Below, in pieces: positions 29,080-39,903 of a stretch of 64,000 nucleotides of DNA (position 1 is the stretch's first letter; each line of letters begins with the position of its first letter). The notes under the pieces were generated by a model. The model did not search any database, was not told the origin of the DNA, and saw only the letters and a list, made by a program, of their open reading frames with translations. The DNA is taken from contig OZ244653.1 of NCBI GenBank assembly GCA_965218795.1, positions 640,001 through 704,000 of the forward strand, read 5' to 3'. The position numbers were made by a program, and so were the translations under genes. This stretch comes from a bacterium. GTDB lineage: Bacteria > UBA8248 > JACPRG01 > G963555815.

Positions 29080-29874
29080 ATGACCGAGAAACCGCTCATA
29101 GAGATTGTCGGGCTGAAGAAATCTTTCTCCCAGCCCGATGATAGTGAATTGTCGGTCCTCGCCGGGATTGATTTGACGGTCGAGAAGAACTCCCTTACCA
29201 CGCTGATCGGGCCGAGCGGGTGCGGCAAATCGACATTCTTGAACATCCTGACGGGACTGGAAGCTCCCACGGGAGGTGAGATCCGGTTTCACCCGCAGGA
29301 GAAGGAAACGGTCGAGTTCGGCTATGTCTTCCAGGCGGCGCGATTGCTGCCCTGGATGAAGGTGATCGACAACGTCCTTTTCGTCCATGACAATGACCGT
29401 CCAACCGGGGAGACCGGGACGCTTGCCCGACGCTATCTGGAAATTGTCGGTCTGAAGGATTTCATGGACGTTTATCCGCACCAACTTTCCGGTGGAATGC
29501 AACAGCGTGTCGGGATCGCCCGGGCCTTGTCCCTCGAACCTGATATCCTTCTGATGGATGAGCCATTTAGTCATTTGGATGAGATTACGGCCAAGAGGAT
29601 GCGGAGGGATTTGATCGAAATCTGGAAGGAGTCGAAGGTCACGATTCTTTTCGTGACGCACGACTTGAGCGAGGCGGCGGTTCTTTCAGACCGGATCCTT
29701 TTTCTTACGCAAAAGCCGGCAAAAATTCATGAGGATGTTCGCATCGATATCCCGCGCCCCCGCAAGCTGCACGATGAGGAATTCCTCAACCTTCACGCGC
29801 GGCTCACCCGTGAATTTGCTTACATGGAGGGAGACGAGGACGATCTGGATGTGGCCACCGCCGGCAGCGGCTGA
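29080..29874 (+). CDS. ABC transporter ATP-binding protein (nitrate/sulfonate type)
   Basis: Motifs [27 protein letters not shown] and VTHD. Confidence 0.93.
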   Translation: MTEKPLIEIVGLKKSFSQPDDSELSVLAGIDLTVEKNSLTTLIGPSGCGKSTFLNILTGLEAPTGGEIRFHPQEKETVEFGYVFQAARLLPWMKVIDNVLFVHDNDRPTGETGTLARRYLEIVGLKDFMDVYPHQLSGGMQQRVGIARALSLEPDILLMDEPFSHLDEITAKRMRRDLIEIWKESKVTILFVTHDLSEAAVLSDRILFLTQKPAKIHEDVRIDIPRPRKLHDEEFLNLHARLTREFAYMEGDEDDLDVATAGSG

Positions 29875-30242
29875 GGGGATGACATCAATCGGTGTGAATG
29901 GAAGATGAGCCGACATCGTTCGTATTCAAACAACCGCCGGTCGCGGAATCGGCGGCTGTTTTGAGTCGACTTTCCAACCGCGGCAAAACGGGCACATTCC
30001 ATGTCCGAATCAAATTTGTTATGATCGTCTCGCTTTCGGCCTCATAAAAGGGGGGCACTTAGAAGGGGTCAAGGCCGCATCCACGCATTTGACCGATTTG
30101 ACAGCCTTGTCAGGGTCATCCATTCATCCCCCCTGTGGTTAGAAGTATCTGCTTCAGTCCTACGCATTTTTCGGCGCGTTCCGTACCATGTCGTGCGGAA
30201 TCCGGGCGGGTTGAGACCGCACGTGAAGTAAGGAAGGGTTCG

Positions 30243-31112
30243 ATGGAGCTGTTCTCACGTCTGGTGTTGCATAGCCTGGACGGGATTGTCTTCGGGTGGC
30301 TGTACGCACTCATTGCGTTTGGTCTCAGTCTCATCTTCGGCCTGCTGAATATCGTCAACGTCGCCCATGGAACGCTGTACATGCTGGGTGCGGTTTTCGG
30401 CTGGTATTTTGGCGGGGCTCTGTCAGGCGGAAATTACTGGGTGGCGTTGATTTGCGCTCCTCTCATTGTGTGTCTGTTCTCTGTCTTCCTGGAATTGGTG
30501 GTTCTGCGGCCGATCGAAGAAAATACGGACATGACAATCCTCTCGACTTTCGGGATACTCCTGGTGGTTGAAAATATCGTCCTGCTCTGGATCGGAGGGC
30601 AGGGGGTGACCTTCGATGCCCCGTTCGAGGCCCAGGTTCCCATCGCCGGTTACAGGTATTCGGTTTACCGGCTCTTTGTCATGGGATTTGCCGTGACGAC
30701 TTCCCTCATCCTCTGGTGGTTTCTCCAAAAAACGCGTTATGGATTGTGGATCCGGGCCGTCCGGATGAATACGGAGCTTTCCCTGGCGGATGGTATCCCC
30801 GTCAAGTCCGTCAATACGGTCGCCTTCGCCTTGGGGGGATTATTGGCCGGCCTGTCGGGGGTATTGGCAGGGCCCTTTGTCGCTGTTTCCCCGGTGATGG
30901 GTTTAAACGTCTTGATCATCGCCTTCATCGTGGTCATCGTCGGCGGGTTGGGGGATCCGTTCGGAGCTGTGTTGGCCGGAATCATCCTCGGCTTGGTGGA
31001 AAGCCTTGCGTCCATCTTTATGGAACCCACGTTGGCCCGTGTGATCTCCCTGCTGTTCGTGACGACCTTTCTGTTCTTCCGTCCGAACGGGCTTTTTGGG
31101 AGGGGCAGGTAA
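30243..31112 (+). CDS. Branched-chain amino acid ABC permease (LivH-like)
   Basis: Motifs GLSLIFGLLNIVNVAHG, VIVGGLG and RPNGLFG. Confidence 0.9.
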   Translation: MELFSRLVLHSLDGIVFGWLYALIAFGLSLIFGLLNIVNVAHGTLYMLGAVFGWYFGGALSGGNYWVALICAPLIVCLFSVFLELVVLRPIEENTDMTILSTFGILLVVENIVLLWIGGQGVTFDAPFEAQVPIAGYRYSVYRLFVMGFAVTTSLILWWFLQKTRYGLWIRAVRMNTELSLADGIPVKSVNTVAFALGGLLAGLSGVLAGPFVAVSPVMGLNVLIIAFIVVIVGGLGDPFGAVLAGIILGLVESLASIFMEPTLARVISLLFVTTFLFFRPNGLFGRGR

Positions 31113-32116
31113 TGGCACTGTCCGTTCTCCCCAGGGCAGACTCACGGCGAACGGCGTATACCCTGCTCGGCGTTCTGGTCATTCTCCTCGTCTTACCCTT
31201 GATGACGGATGATTTCGGCGTTGCCTTTACGATGGACATCCTCATTTGGGGATTGCTGGCAATGTCGTTCGACTTCATTTACGGCTTCACTGGTCTATTG
31301 AGTCTCGGGCAGTCCGTGTTTTTCGGTCTCGGCGTCTACGGTCTGACGTTGGTGATCATCCACTGGGGAGCCGGCATCTGGTTGGCCATGTTGACGGGGC
31401 TTGTTCTGTCCGGTGCCGGTGCCGCCCTTTTCGGCTACTTCGCTGTCAAAGTCCGCGGGCACGGATTTATCATCGTTACCGTGGTCGGGGCGACCATCAT
31501 CACCTTGATCGCCTTTGCGTGGAAAACGGTCACCGGAGGAGACGACGGTCTGGTGTTCACTCGGCCCCTGTTGACGCTGGGCCCCTGGGCCATCGATTTG
31601 ACCGAACAACTGCCACGTTACTATTACACAATCATCTGCATTGCCGCTTGTTATTATATTGCTCTGCGCATTCTCCGCTCTCCCCTGGGCAGGGTATTCG
31701 AACTGATCCGCGAGAATGAGGATCGCGCGCGCTGCGTGGGGTACGACACCGGCCGGTACAAGCTGATCTCCTTTACCATCGCGGGCTTGATTGCAGGCTT
31801 GTCCGGTGTTTTGTATGCCATGTCCGTCAGCTATGCCAGCGCGGAATTCTTCAACTGGTTAATTTCGGCCGAGGCAGTCGTCTGGACGTTGTTCGGCGGC
31901 GCGGGAACGCTTTATGGCGCTGTGGCCGGAGCCGGGATTCTCATCTATCTGCGCGAAGCCTTGAGCAGCACGTGGTCGGTGACCTATCCCATCATCCTTG
32001 GAATCATCATTATCGTTGTCGTGACGTTCACGCCCGCTGGTCTCGTCGGAACCGTGAAGCGGCTCATCTCCAATCTGCGAAAGGGAGGCGTGGAGGAGAA
32101 TGAACGCCATGGCTGA
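31112..32116 (+). CDS. Branched-chain amino acid ABC permease (LivM-like)
   Basis: Motifs GFTGLLSLGQSVFFGLG, TGGDDG, SPLGR..IRENE and GGAGTLYG. Confidence 0.9.
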   Translation: MALSVLPRADSRRTAYTLLGVLVILLVLPLMTDDFGVAFTMDILIWGLLAMSFDFIYGFTGLLSLGQSVFFGLGVYGLTLVIIHWGAGIWLAMLTGLVLSGAGAALFGYFAVKVRGHGFIIVTVVGATIITLIAFAWKTVTGGDDGLVFTRPLLTLGPWAIDLTEQLPRYYYTIICIAACYYIALRILRSPLGRVFELIRENEDRARCVGYDTGRYKLISFTIAGLIAGLSGVLYAMSVSYASAEFFNWLISAEAVVWTLFGGAGTLYGAVAGAGILIYLREALSSTWSVTYPIILGIIIIVVVTFTPAGLVGTVKRLISNLRKGGVEENERHG

Positions 32117-32870
32117 ACCCGGGCGGAACGGCCGATTTTTCAACGCGCAGGGGCTCGTCAAGAAATTCGGCGGATTTACGGCCGTCGATGGCGTGAACCT
32201 GAACGTCAAGGAAGGCGAGCTTCGGGCCATAATCGGACCCAACGGCGCGGGTAAGACCACCTTCTTCAACCTGATCAGCGGGTTCCTGCCCACCACGGCG
32301 GGGGCGTTTTTTTTCAAAGAGAAGCTCGTCACCGGCATGACGTCGGACCAGATCGTCCGTCTCGGAGTCGGGCGGACCTTTCAGATTACCAATCTGTTTC
32401 CCCAACTGACGGTTCTGGAGAACGTCCAGGCGGGGGTCCAGGGAAAGAGCGGAAGACCGAATCCCTTCAGGAGCCTGCTCAAGATGCGTGATTCCTGGGA
32501 GCGGGCGGCGGCGGTCCTGGAGCTGCTCGGTATGCCGGACCGGGCCGATGTGCGGATCACCGAGCTCTCTCACGGTGAGCAGAAACTCGTGGATATCGGC
32601 ATCGCGCTGGCGTCCGATCCCGAAGTCCTCCTGTTGGATGAGCCCACAGCGGGTCTGAGCGCAAGAGAGACCCGCGCCATGACCGACAAGATCGCCCAAT
32701 TGGCGGAGGAGCGGACCATCCTGATCGTGGAACACGACATGAAAGTCGTGATGACGCTGGCGAAGACCATTTCCGTTCTTCACCAGGGCAAGATCATTGC
32801 TGAAGGCGCCCCCGATGAGATTCGGGCCGATCCCGAGGTCCGCCGGGTGTATCTGACCCGAGAGGCCTGA
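32100..32870 (+). CDS. Branched-chain amino acid ABC ATPase (LivG-like)
   Basis: Motifs IGPNGAGKTT, RTFQ, LSHGE, LLDEPTAG and VEHD. Confidence 0.92.
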   Translation: MNAMAEPGRNGRFFNAQGLVKKFGGFTAVDGVNLNVKEGELRAIIGPNGAGKTTFFNLISGFLPTTAGAFFFKEKLVTGMTSDQIVRLGVGRTFQITNLFPQLTVLENVQAGVQGKSGRPNPFRSLLKMRDSWERAAAVLELLGMPDRADVRITELSHGEQKLVDIGIALASDPEVLLLDEPTAGLSARETRAMTDKIAQLAEERTILIVEHDMKVVMTLAKTISVLHQGKIIAEGAPDEIRADPEVRRVYLTREA

Positions 32871-32871
32871 C

Positions 32872-33567
32872 ATGCTGCGTTTGGAAAACGTCAACGCCTA
32901 TTACGGCAAGAGCCACATTCTGTTCGACGTGGCCATCGAGGTCCGTGACGCGGAGGTTGTTGCGCTCGTCGGGCGCAACGGTGTGGGGAAGACGACGCTT
33001 CTGCGCACGGTGATGGGACTCATGTCGAACCGGTCCGGCAGCATTCGTTTCAACGAGCAGGAAATCATGACGCTTGCCGCGCACAAGCTCGCAGGACTGG
33101 GGCTGAGCCTCGTTCCGCAGGAGCAGTCGGTGTTCGCGGATTTTTCGGTCGGGGATAACCTCCGTGTGGCTTCGCCCTCAGGAGAGTTGGACCCCGATAT
33201 GAGGACGTCCCTCATGAAGAACTTCCCGGTACTCGACGAGCGGATGAATCAAATGGCAGGGACGTTGAGCGGCGGGGAACGCCAGATGCTCGCGATGGCC
33301 CGGGCCTTTGTCAAGAATCCGCAGTTGATGCTCCTGGATGAGCCGACGGAAGGACTGATGCCCTCGGCCGTGGAGGCGGTTGAGAATTCCGTTCGATCGT
33401 TTCGGGAAGGAGGAATGGGAATCCTGCTCGTGGAGCAGAACCTGAGCACGGTGCTGGAGGTGAGCGATCGCGTCTACGTCATGGAAAAGGGACAGATTGT
33501 CCACGACGAACCGGTGACGCCGGCCAGTGGAGCGTCTCTGGAAAAGTTCATGGGCCTGGAGGGATAG
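32872..33567 (+). CDS. Branched-chain amino acid ABC ATPase (LivF-like)
   Basis: Motifs GRNGVGKTT, LSGGERQMLA, LLDEPTEGL and VEQN. Confidence 0.92.
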   Translation: MLRLENVNAYYGKSHILFDVAIEVRDAEVVALVGRNGVGKTTLLRTVMGLMSNRSGSIRFNEQEIMTLAAHKLAGLGLSLVPQEQSVFADFSVGDNLRVASPSGELDPDMRTSLMKNFPVLDERMNQMAGTLSGGERQMLAMARAFVKNPQLMLLDEPTEGLMPSAVEAVENSVRSFREGGMGILLVEQNLSTVLEVSDRVYVMEKGQIVHDEPVTPASGASLEKFMGLEG

Positions 33568-33626
33568 TCGGGATTTCGCCGCAACCGTTTTTTGGTTGAT
33601 TTCCCCCTCCGCTTCGTTGTCAAAAG

Positions 33627-33664
33627 ACAAAGGCCGCGGGAGCCGAAGCTCCCGCGGCCTTTGT
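33627..33664. terminator. Bidirectional hairpin terminator between convergent genes
   Basis: Perfect 17-bp stem ACAAAGGCCGCGGGAGC-CGAA-GCTCCCGCGGCCTTTGT. Confidence 0.8.
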
Positions 33665-33706
33665 TCGTTCGGACAAGGCCCCAACGAATTTCGAGGCCGT
33701 TCGGCG

Positions 33707-34972
33707 TCAGATTCTCAGATCGCCCTGCGGCGGATACATTCCCTCCTCTCTGGGCACAGTGGCCACGACCTTCATTTTCCCGTTGACCACTTGCTGGATG
33801 TAGATCGGGGCGAACGCCTGATGGTCCTGGGCCCGGATGAGTTTACCGCCCTGCGGGTAATGAGGGCCGGTCTTGGTTTCGTGGCCTTCGAGCCACTTGA
33901 TGACGTCTTTGGTGTGCTTGCTCTTGTTCTTGTAGCCCGTGGCTTCGACGGCGTCCTTAATCACATAGATGTTCTCCCAGCCCAGGCCGTCATGCGCTAC
34001 GCCGGACGGCGTCCCGCGCTTTTTGTCGTTGCCCTCGGCGTCCACGCCGATGGCATCTCGGAGCATCTTGTCATACGGCTTCATTGGGTCGGGGACATCG
34101 GCCGACCGCTGCGGGAACGGTGTGTGGATGTAGGCGCCCTCGAACGCCGCGAGGTCCAAACCTTCGATGGCGTCATAGGTTCCGATGTACTTGAACTTAT
34201 CGAAGATCCCCATGTTCTTGGCCTGCTTCACGAATGCGACTTGCATCGCGCCGAAGAAGGCCATGAACACCACCTCAGTCTTCTGGACATTGATCCGGCT
34301 GAGATAGGGGACGAGGTTGTCGGTCCCGAGGGGGACGAGGATCCGGTCCACGGCCTCCCCGCCCATTTCCTTCACCTTCTTGGCCCACTGCCCTGTCTGG
34401 TCCTGACCCCATGCGTAATCGGCGCCCAGAAGCGTCCACCTTTTTCCCTGCTTGTAGGCCCAGTCAGAGGCTGAGAACACTTCATGGAGAACGCTCTCGT
34501 TCATGCGAAAGACATACGGATGCCCTTTGGCGCCCGTGATCGAGGTTGCCGATCCGTTCGGGAACCCGATGGTTTTGAGTTCCATGAACACAGGATTGCA
34601 CGCCAGGCAGATTCCGCTGTGATGGGAGCCGATGACGAAGTCCGCCTTGTCGCGCTGGATGAGCTTTCGGGCCTTACGGACGCCCGTAGACGGTTTGGAC
34701 TCGGTATCCTCCTTGATATAGACGAGCTCCCGTCCGCCGACGCCGCCGGAGGCATTGATCTTCTTCACCGCGGCCTCGGCGGAGCGGTTGACCCAGAAGC
34801 CGAAGGCGGCCAGAACCCCGGTCAGATCGACGGTGGCGCCCACTCGGACCGGATCGGCCGCATTGACGTGATATCCCGGTATCACCGTCGAAGCGCCCAC
34901 CGCACCTGCGGTCACCGCCGATTTCTTGAGAAAATCCCTTCTGGTTATCTTCTTTTTCAATTTGCCCATCAT
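33707..34972 (-). CDS. Liv-type ABC substrate-binding protein with Tat signal
   Basis: Twin-arginine motif TRRDFLK; INASGGVGGR; EDTESKP; ADYAWG. Confidence 0.9.
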   Translation of the reverse strand: MMGKLKKKITRRDFLKKSAVTAGAVGASTVIPGYHVNAADPVRVGATVDLTGVLAAFGFWVNRSAEAAVKKINASGGVGGRELVYIKEDTESKPSTGVRKARKLIQRDKADFVIGSHHSGICLACNPVFMELKTIGFPNGSATSITGAKGHPYVFRMNESVLHEVFSASDWAYKQGKRWTLLGADYAWGQDQTGQWAKKVKEMGGEAVDRILVPLGTDNLVPYLSRINVQKTEVVFMAFFGAMQVAFVKQAKNMGIFDKFKYIGTYDAIEGLDLAAFEGAYIHTPFPQRSADVPDPMKPYDKMLRDAIGVDAEGNDKKRGTPSGVAHDGLGWENIYVIKDAVEATGYKNKSKHTKDVIKWLEGHETKTGPHYPQGGKLIRAQDHQAFAPIYIQQVVNGKMKVVATVPREEGMYPPQGDLRI

Positions 34973-35132
34973 CCCTCCCTTTCTTTTCCTTCACGGAAAG
35001 TCGTCTGACCGGCCGTGCTCGCTTCCCGACCGGCCGGTAAGCCGAAATCGGACTTGCATGGGCGGCCGCCGTTTGGCGCATGAGAAGATAGGCGCCGAAA
35101 GGTCGTCCATTCCTATGGACTGGTTCTCAATC

Positions 35133-35162
35133 ATTATGCTGGGTCGGCGCAAAAGGTGTCAA
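35133..35162 (-). promoter_or_regulatory. Putative sigma70-type promoter of the Tat binding protein
   Basis: TTGACA-N18-CATAAT on the minus strand. Confidence 0.55.
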
Positions 35163-35483
35163 GAATCTTGTTTGATTCCAGTCATCTTTGGGAAAGTCAT
35201 GCGTGGTCAGTCCGCGGTCGGTTATCCTGCGATGTCTTCAGATCAAGCCGACCGCGTGTGGTATACTCCATAATTGATTTTTCCCTCGAAGCAGTCCGTG
35301 GCGGGTGTATTTTTCGCGAAAATGAGGCGTAGCAGAGGATTACGTAGAAACTTCCGCCCAATTCACTTTGGATTTCAGAAATCTTTCGCTCGGCTTGCTC
35401 AGCGGTTCTCCCACCCAATTGAGTCTGGTCATGGACGGGTGAGAGCAGCTTCGTACGATTCATGATCGAAGGAGGACAGGACA

Positions 35484-36356
35484 ATGGAATTTGAAAAGCT
35501 GGAGTGGTCCATCCATCCAAACCCGCTCAATCTGGAAGACCGGTGCATCGGCCTGATCCGGCTGGCCGTGCCGGAGAAGCTGAATTCCATCGGACCCACG
35601 ATGAGCCTGGAGCTGGATTATCTATGCGATCAAATCAAGCGACGGAATGACATCCAGGTCGTCGTGTTGACCGGAACCGATCCCGGCTTCTGCGGAGGAG
35701 GGGACTTGCAGGAGGAGGGCGGGGCCTTGCAGGTGACGGGGGAGGACTTGGGGCTCAAGGGGCCGTACGCCAAGATGATGGAGTACTACATCAACGACGT
35801 TTTCCACGTCGTGATGCAGAACGCCATCCGGAAGCTGGAAGATTTGCCCCAGGTCACAATCGGAGCCATCAACGGCGTCGCCGTGGGCGTTGGCCTCGAA
35901 ATGAACACCGGCCTGGATCTTCGACTCGCCTCCGACAAAGCCCGGATGGGTGAAGTCGCTGTGGTCGCCGGGTTCCTGCCCGAAACCGGAGGCTGCCGGA
36001 ACCTTCCCAAGCTTGTCGGCTACGGACGGGCTATGGAGCTGACCCTCACCGGACGGATCCTGACCGCGCAGGAGGCGCTGGAGATCGGGCTGGTCGAATT
36101 CGTCGTGCCACACGACAATCTTCTGGAGGAGGCCTTCAACCTCGCCGGAAAGATTGCGATGGGGCCGCCGACCTCGGTTCGCGAAGCCAAGCGTCTGATG
36201 AAAACCTACTGGGACCACAACAAGAGCGACGCTGGGTTCAAGGACGAGCTGGATACGGTGCTCGAGATTACACGGACGCCGGACTGCCGGGAGGGGATTC
36301 GGGCCTTTCTGAACAAGGAGAGACCGAAATATACGGGAGCGATCGATTCAAAATGA
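35484..36356 (+). CDS. Enoyl-CoA hydratase/isomerase family protein
   Basis: Motifs FCGGGDL, AINGVAVGVGLE, D.RLAS, LPETGG and AQEALEIGLV. Confidence 0.9.
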   Translation: MEFEKLEWSIHPNPLNLEDRCIGLIRLAVPEKLNSIGPTMSLELDYLCDQIKRRNDIQVVVLTGTDPGFCGGGDLQEEGGALQVTGEDLGLKGPYAKMMEYYINDVFHVVMQNAIRKLEDLPQVTIGAINGVAVGVGLEMNTGLDLRLASDKARMGEVAVVAGFLPETGGCRNLPKLVGYGRAMELTLTGRILTAQEALEIGLVEFVVPHDNLLEEAFNLAGKIAMGPPTSVREAKRLMKTYWDHNKSDAGFKDELDTVLEITRTPDCREGIRAFLNKERPKYTGAIDSK

Positions 36357-36464
36357 CTCCACGTCGGGAATGGTTCGGCTGATGCGGATACGAAAGAGCC
36401 CGCAGGCCAGGATGCGGGATGAAGGCCTCATGATCGAAAAGGATGGTCATCACAGCGACGGGTT

Positions 36465-38087
36465 TCAGAAGTGAAATGTCCTGTCTTCGGGGCCGCCTCC
36501 CTCGGCTTCCTCCCTGAGAACATTCCGCCGAATTTTCCCGGTGGAGGTTTTCGGCAGGTCCGACACGAACTCAATGATCTTCGGGACCTTATATAACGCG
36601 ATACGCGCGCGGATCAGGTCTCGGATCTCCCTGGCGATCGACATGGCGGGCTCGACCGAGGGCTTGAGCACGACGTAGGCCTTGACGCGGTAACCGGTCT
36701 CCGTATCCGGGACGCCGATGACCCCGGCCTCAATGACGCCGGGATGCTCTATGCAGGTCTCCTCCACCTCCTTGGGGGAGACCATGTACCCGCGGCTTTT
36801 GATGAGGTCGTCCTTGCGGCTCACGTACCAAAAATAGCCGTCCTCATCGAACCGGCCGAGGTCGCCCGTGTAATACCATCGGTTGATGTGGTTCTCCGCC
36901 CATTTCTCCGGCATCTTTCGGTATTCGATGAACAGGCCGGGGCAGTCGTCCCGAATGGCGACGCGGCCCACTTCTCCGTCGGGAACCGACTTGCCATCGT
37001 CATCGTGCACTTCCATGACATAGCCGGGAAAGACCTTTCCGGTCGATCCGGGCTTGATCGGTTCCTGGTCCATATTGACGCAAAATTTCTGAAGCTCCGA
37101 AACGCCCAGGCCGTCGATGATCTCGCAGCCGACACGCTCCTTCCACTCTCTGTAGGTTTCCGGCGGCAGAGTTTCCCCAGAGCTGACGCAAAGCCGAAGG
37201 TTCTTCAACGCATCCTTCTCTTCAGGCCCGCTGGCGGCCAGAATCATTCGGTAAGCCGTCGGGACGGTCGAAAATACGGTGACGCCGTGCTTTCTCACTA
37301 TCCGGATGGCCTTTGAAGGGTCGAACCGTTCGTTATGGATGTAAACCGCCGTCCTCATGTACAGACAATGCATCAGGCCTTGCCCCCAGGAATACATAAA
37401 GCTGAACTCCGCCGGATTCCAGCTCAGGTCGCCCGGGCGCAGCTTGAGCATCAGATGTCCACCTGCGTCTCCGGTCGCGATTATCCAGCGGTGGGCGTGG
37501 ACGATTCCTTTCGGCGGTCCGGTCGTGCCGGAAGTATAAAGCATGAAGGCGGGGTCTTCGGGCCGGGTTTGTACGGCGTCCAGCTCCGAGGGGTGCGAGG
37601 AGAGCAACTCTTCAAAGGAAGGCAGGCGAGAGGATTCGCCGTCGAACAGATAGACGTGTTCGAGGTTTGGACAAGCCGGACGGATTGCCTCCAGGGCTCC
37701 CAGGCGGTCCTCCGTAGTCAGAATGATTTTGGCGTCCGAGTTCTCAACAATGTGCTGGAGCTCCCGGGGACCCAAGAGGGAGTTGCTCAACACCGGGACG
37801 GCACCCATCCAGAGGCCCGCCAGGACAGCGACCACGTAGTTGGGATGGTTGTGGGACCGAAGGATGAAGGTGTCACCCCGTCCGAGGCCGAGAGCCATGA
37901 ACGAGCGGGCGCAGCGCAGCATGCGCGCGTGGATTTCCTCAAAGGCGATCGGCTCCCCGCCGTAGACGATGGCGGTATCGCCGCTGTCCCCCTCCTTCAG
38001 CCACGGGCGGCAGATCGCCCTCGCCATATTGAGGACAGGCGGAATCTTCTGGTAATCCGGCGGAAGGGAGACCTCCCAATTGCCCAT
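36465..38087 (-). CDS. AMP-forming acyl-CoA synthetase (benzoate-CoA ligase/ACSM-like)
   Basis: Motifs YTSGTTGPPKG, SSGETLP, DGLGVSE, YTGD, RKDDLIK and LPKTSTGKIRR. Confidence 0.9.
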   Translation of the reverse strand: MGNWEVSLPPDYQKIPPVLNMARAICRPWLKEGDSGDTAIVYGGEPIAFEEIHARMLRCARSFMALGLGRGDTFILRSHNHPNYVVAVLAGLWMGAVPVLSNSLLGPRELQHIVENSDAKIILTTEDRLGALEAIRPACPNLEHVYLFDGESSRLPSFEELLSSHPSELDAVQTRPEDPAFMLYTSGTTGPPKGIVHAHRWIIATGDAGGHLMLKLRPGDLSWNPAEFSFMYSWGQGLMHCLYMRTAVYIHNERFDPSKAIRIVRKHGVTVFSTVPTAYRMILAASGPEEKDALKNLRLCVSSGETLPPETYREWKERVGCEIIDGLGVSELQKFCVNMDQEPIKPGSTGKVFPGYVMEVHDDDGKSVPDGEVGRVAIRDDCPGLFIEYRKMPEKWAENHINRWYYTGDLGRFDEDGYFWYVSRKDDLIKSRGYMVSPKEVEETCIEHPGVIEAGVIGVPDTETGYRVKAYVVLKPSVEPAMSIAREIRDLIRARIALYKVPKIIEFVSDLPKTSTGKIRRNVLREEAEGGGPEDRTFHF

Positions 38088-38301
38088 GGTTCGTTCTCAA
38101 TGATTCAGTCAATGCGGCTAAGGTCCGATCTCAGAAGGCTGACTCAAGCGGAAAAATATTTTTCTATTTTAGTTTCGCGGCCGCGAATCTTCCAGTCTCT
38201 GGAAATCACGAGCAGCCCGCGCCGGGTTCAGGCCATGCCCGCTCGGGTGGCGTGCCGAGCCGCCCATTGTGTCGATCTTACTCGCGTCGAATCGCACTGA
38301 T

Positions 38302-39822
38302 TCAGTGCGCGACCTCTCTGAGCAAATCTTCCATCAGCGGCACCAGCGGCTCCCTCAGAAGAGGCCGGGATGCGATCCAAAGGCTGACCCAGGTGTAAAG
38401 GATCATCAACGTCAGAAGCGGAAGCTGACTGACCGCGAATCGCCTGACGCCGACCAAGGCTCTTTGAGCCACTTGGTGGGCGGTGACGACGGAGAAGATG
38501 TGACCCATCACGATCAGGACCATCTGGCAGGCCCAGATGACCTCCGTTTTCAGCCGCAATCCCGACGACGCGGGATGCGAGGCCGAGACCGGCGCCGAGG
38601 CGGCTTTCCACCCGAAGGGGTCGGACAGTGCAGCCCCAAGCTCTGCGAACCGGGGAATGATGAGCATGAAAAAATGGGCGAGGTAGTAGCCGAAGGCAAT
38701 GGGCAACAGGGACAGCCCGAATGCGCGGGCCAATTCCCCGGTCGTCTTGTTTCCGGCCATGGATGCCATCCAGGCGCAGGAACCCCAATAGGCAGCGATA
38801 AAGACGACGAGGCCGATCGCAAGAATCACCAACTGCACCCCTTCCATGACGGGCATGTCAGGGAACGCATCAATGGCGATTTCCATCAGTGCCCCGATGC
38901 TCCGGATCCACTCCTGCGTCGCCATGTACCCGTCATAGGTGACCGAATACATGATGCCGATAACGAATGCGACGTCCAGATTCTCCTTGAGCGACGTGTT
39001 CCTCAGGGCGGCCCCGCAGGGGCGCGCCTCGAGGCCCCGCTCCCCCCGGCCGATGGGGGCGAACAGACCGAGAACCCTGAAATAACGGGTGAACGGATCC
39101 CCCAGATCCAGCCAGCCTTCTCCGAAGAAGAACATCCCCATCCAGAGATAGGCAGAGTAGAGGACCGTGATGTTCGCCAGGGACCGGGGCTCGTCCGACT
39201 GGAACCAGCTCAGCTCGAACCATATGAAACCAATATAGAGGATGAGGGCCGGCCAGGAGCCGAGCGTCCGGGGATAGCGGATTCGGGGAAAGGATCGCCC
39301 CATTCCAACCCATCGGTAGAGTGCCCGCCAAGGGTTGAGATGGTCCCAGGGATTTCCAACCAAGAATGAAAACAAACTTAGACCAAACCAGAAGAGGGTC
39401 CAGATCAAGTTCGATGTCGCGTTGAATTCCGTCTTGGGATGGCCGAAGAAGCCCGCCAGGAGGACCAGCAGGAAAAGGGCGACCGAAATGATTTGCGCCA
39501 TGAGTCCGACGGCGGGGTTCTGGACAAACCATCCGAGGATCGGAACCGATGAGGCCGGGCGGAGCGGACGGGAACCCTCCTCCCGTTTGCCGGGCTTGTA
39601 TCGGTTCAGAAGGATAAACGACAGGAGCAAGGCCGCGGCGGCCGCCACAAGGACGATCCATCCGGGAATCGGGGAATCAAACCGGGCCTCCCCAGGGGCA
39701 TGGCTCAAGACGGAGGTTTCGAAGAGAAAGAGAAGAATGAACTGAAAGGAGATCCAAAAAATGGTTCGGGTTGGGGAAGGTATCAAGCATTTTCCCGATA
39801 TCGAGGGACGGTTTATGGTCAA
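38302..39822 (-). CDS. Polytopic membrane protein of unknown function
   Basis: About 11 hydrophobic segments; motifs GNPW..LNPW, DPFT..F, SLLPIAFGY..AH, SDPFGW and GHIFSV. Confidence 0.75.
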   Translation of the reverse strand: MTINRPSISGKCLIPSPTRTIFWISFQFILLFLFETSVLSHAPGEARFDSPIPGWIVLVAAAAALLLSFILLNRYKPGKREEGSRPLRPASSVPILGWFVQNPAVGLMAQIISVALFLLVLLAGFFGHPKTEFNATSNLIWTLFWFGLSLFSFLVGNPWDHLNPWRALYRWVGMGRSFPRIRYPRTLGSWPALILYIGFIWFELSWFQSDEPRSLANITVLYSAYLWMGMFFFGEGWLDLGDPFTRYFRVLGLFAPIGRGERGLEARPCGAALRNTSLKENLDVAFVIGIMYSVTYDGYMATQEWIRSIGALMEIAIDAFPDMPVMEGVQLVILAIGLVVFIAAYWGSCAWMASMAGNKTTGELARAFGLSLLPIAFGYYLAHFFMLIIPRFAELGAALSDPFGWKAASAPVSASHPASSGLRLKTEVIWACQMVLIVMGHIFSVVTAHQVAQRALVGVRRFAVSQLPLLTLMILYTWVSLWIASRPLLREPLVPLMEDLLREVAH

Positions 39823-39903
39823 CGCAGGTCTCCGGTGCCGGGAGTCCCCCTTGGAATTAAATATCTGGACGTTCTGATTCTCCGCTATCCCTCACCCCGA
39901 ATT

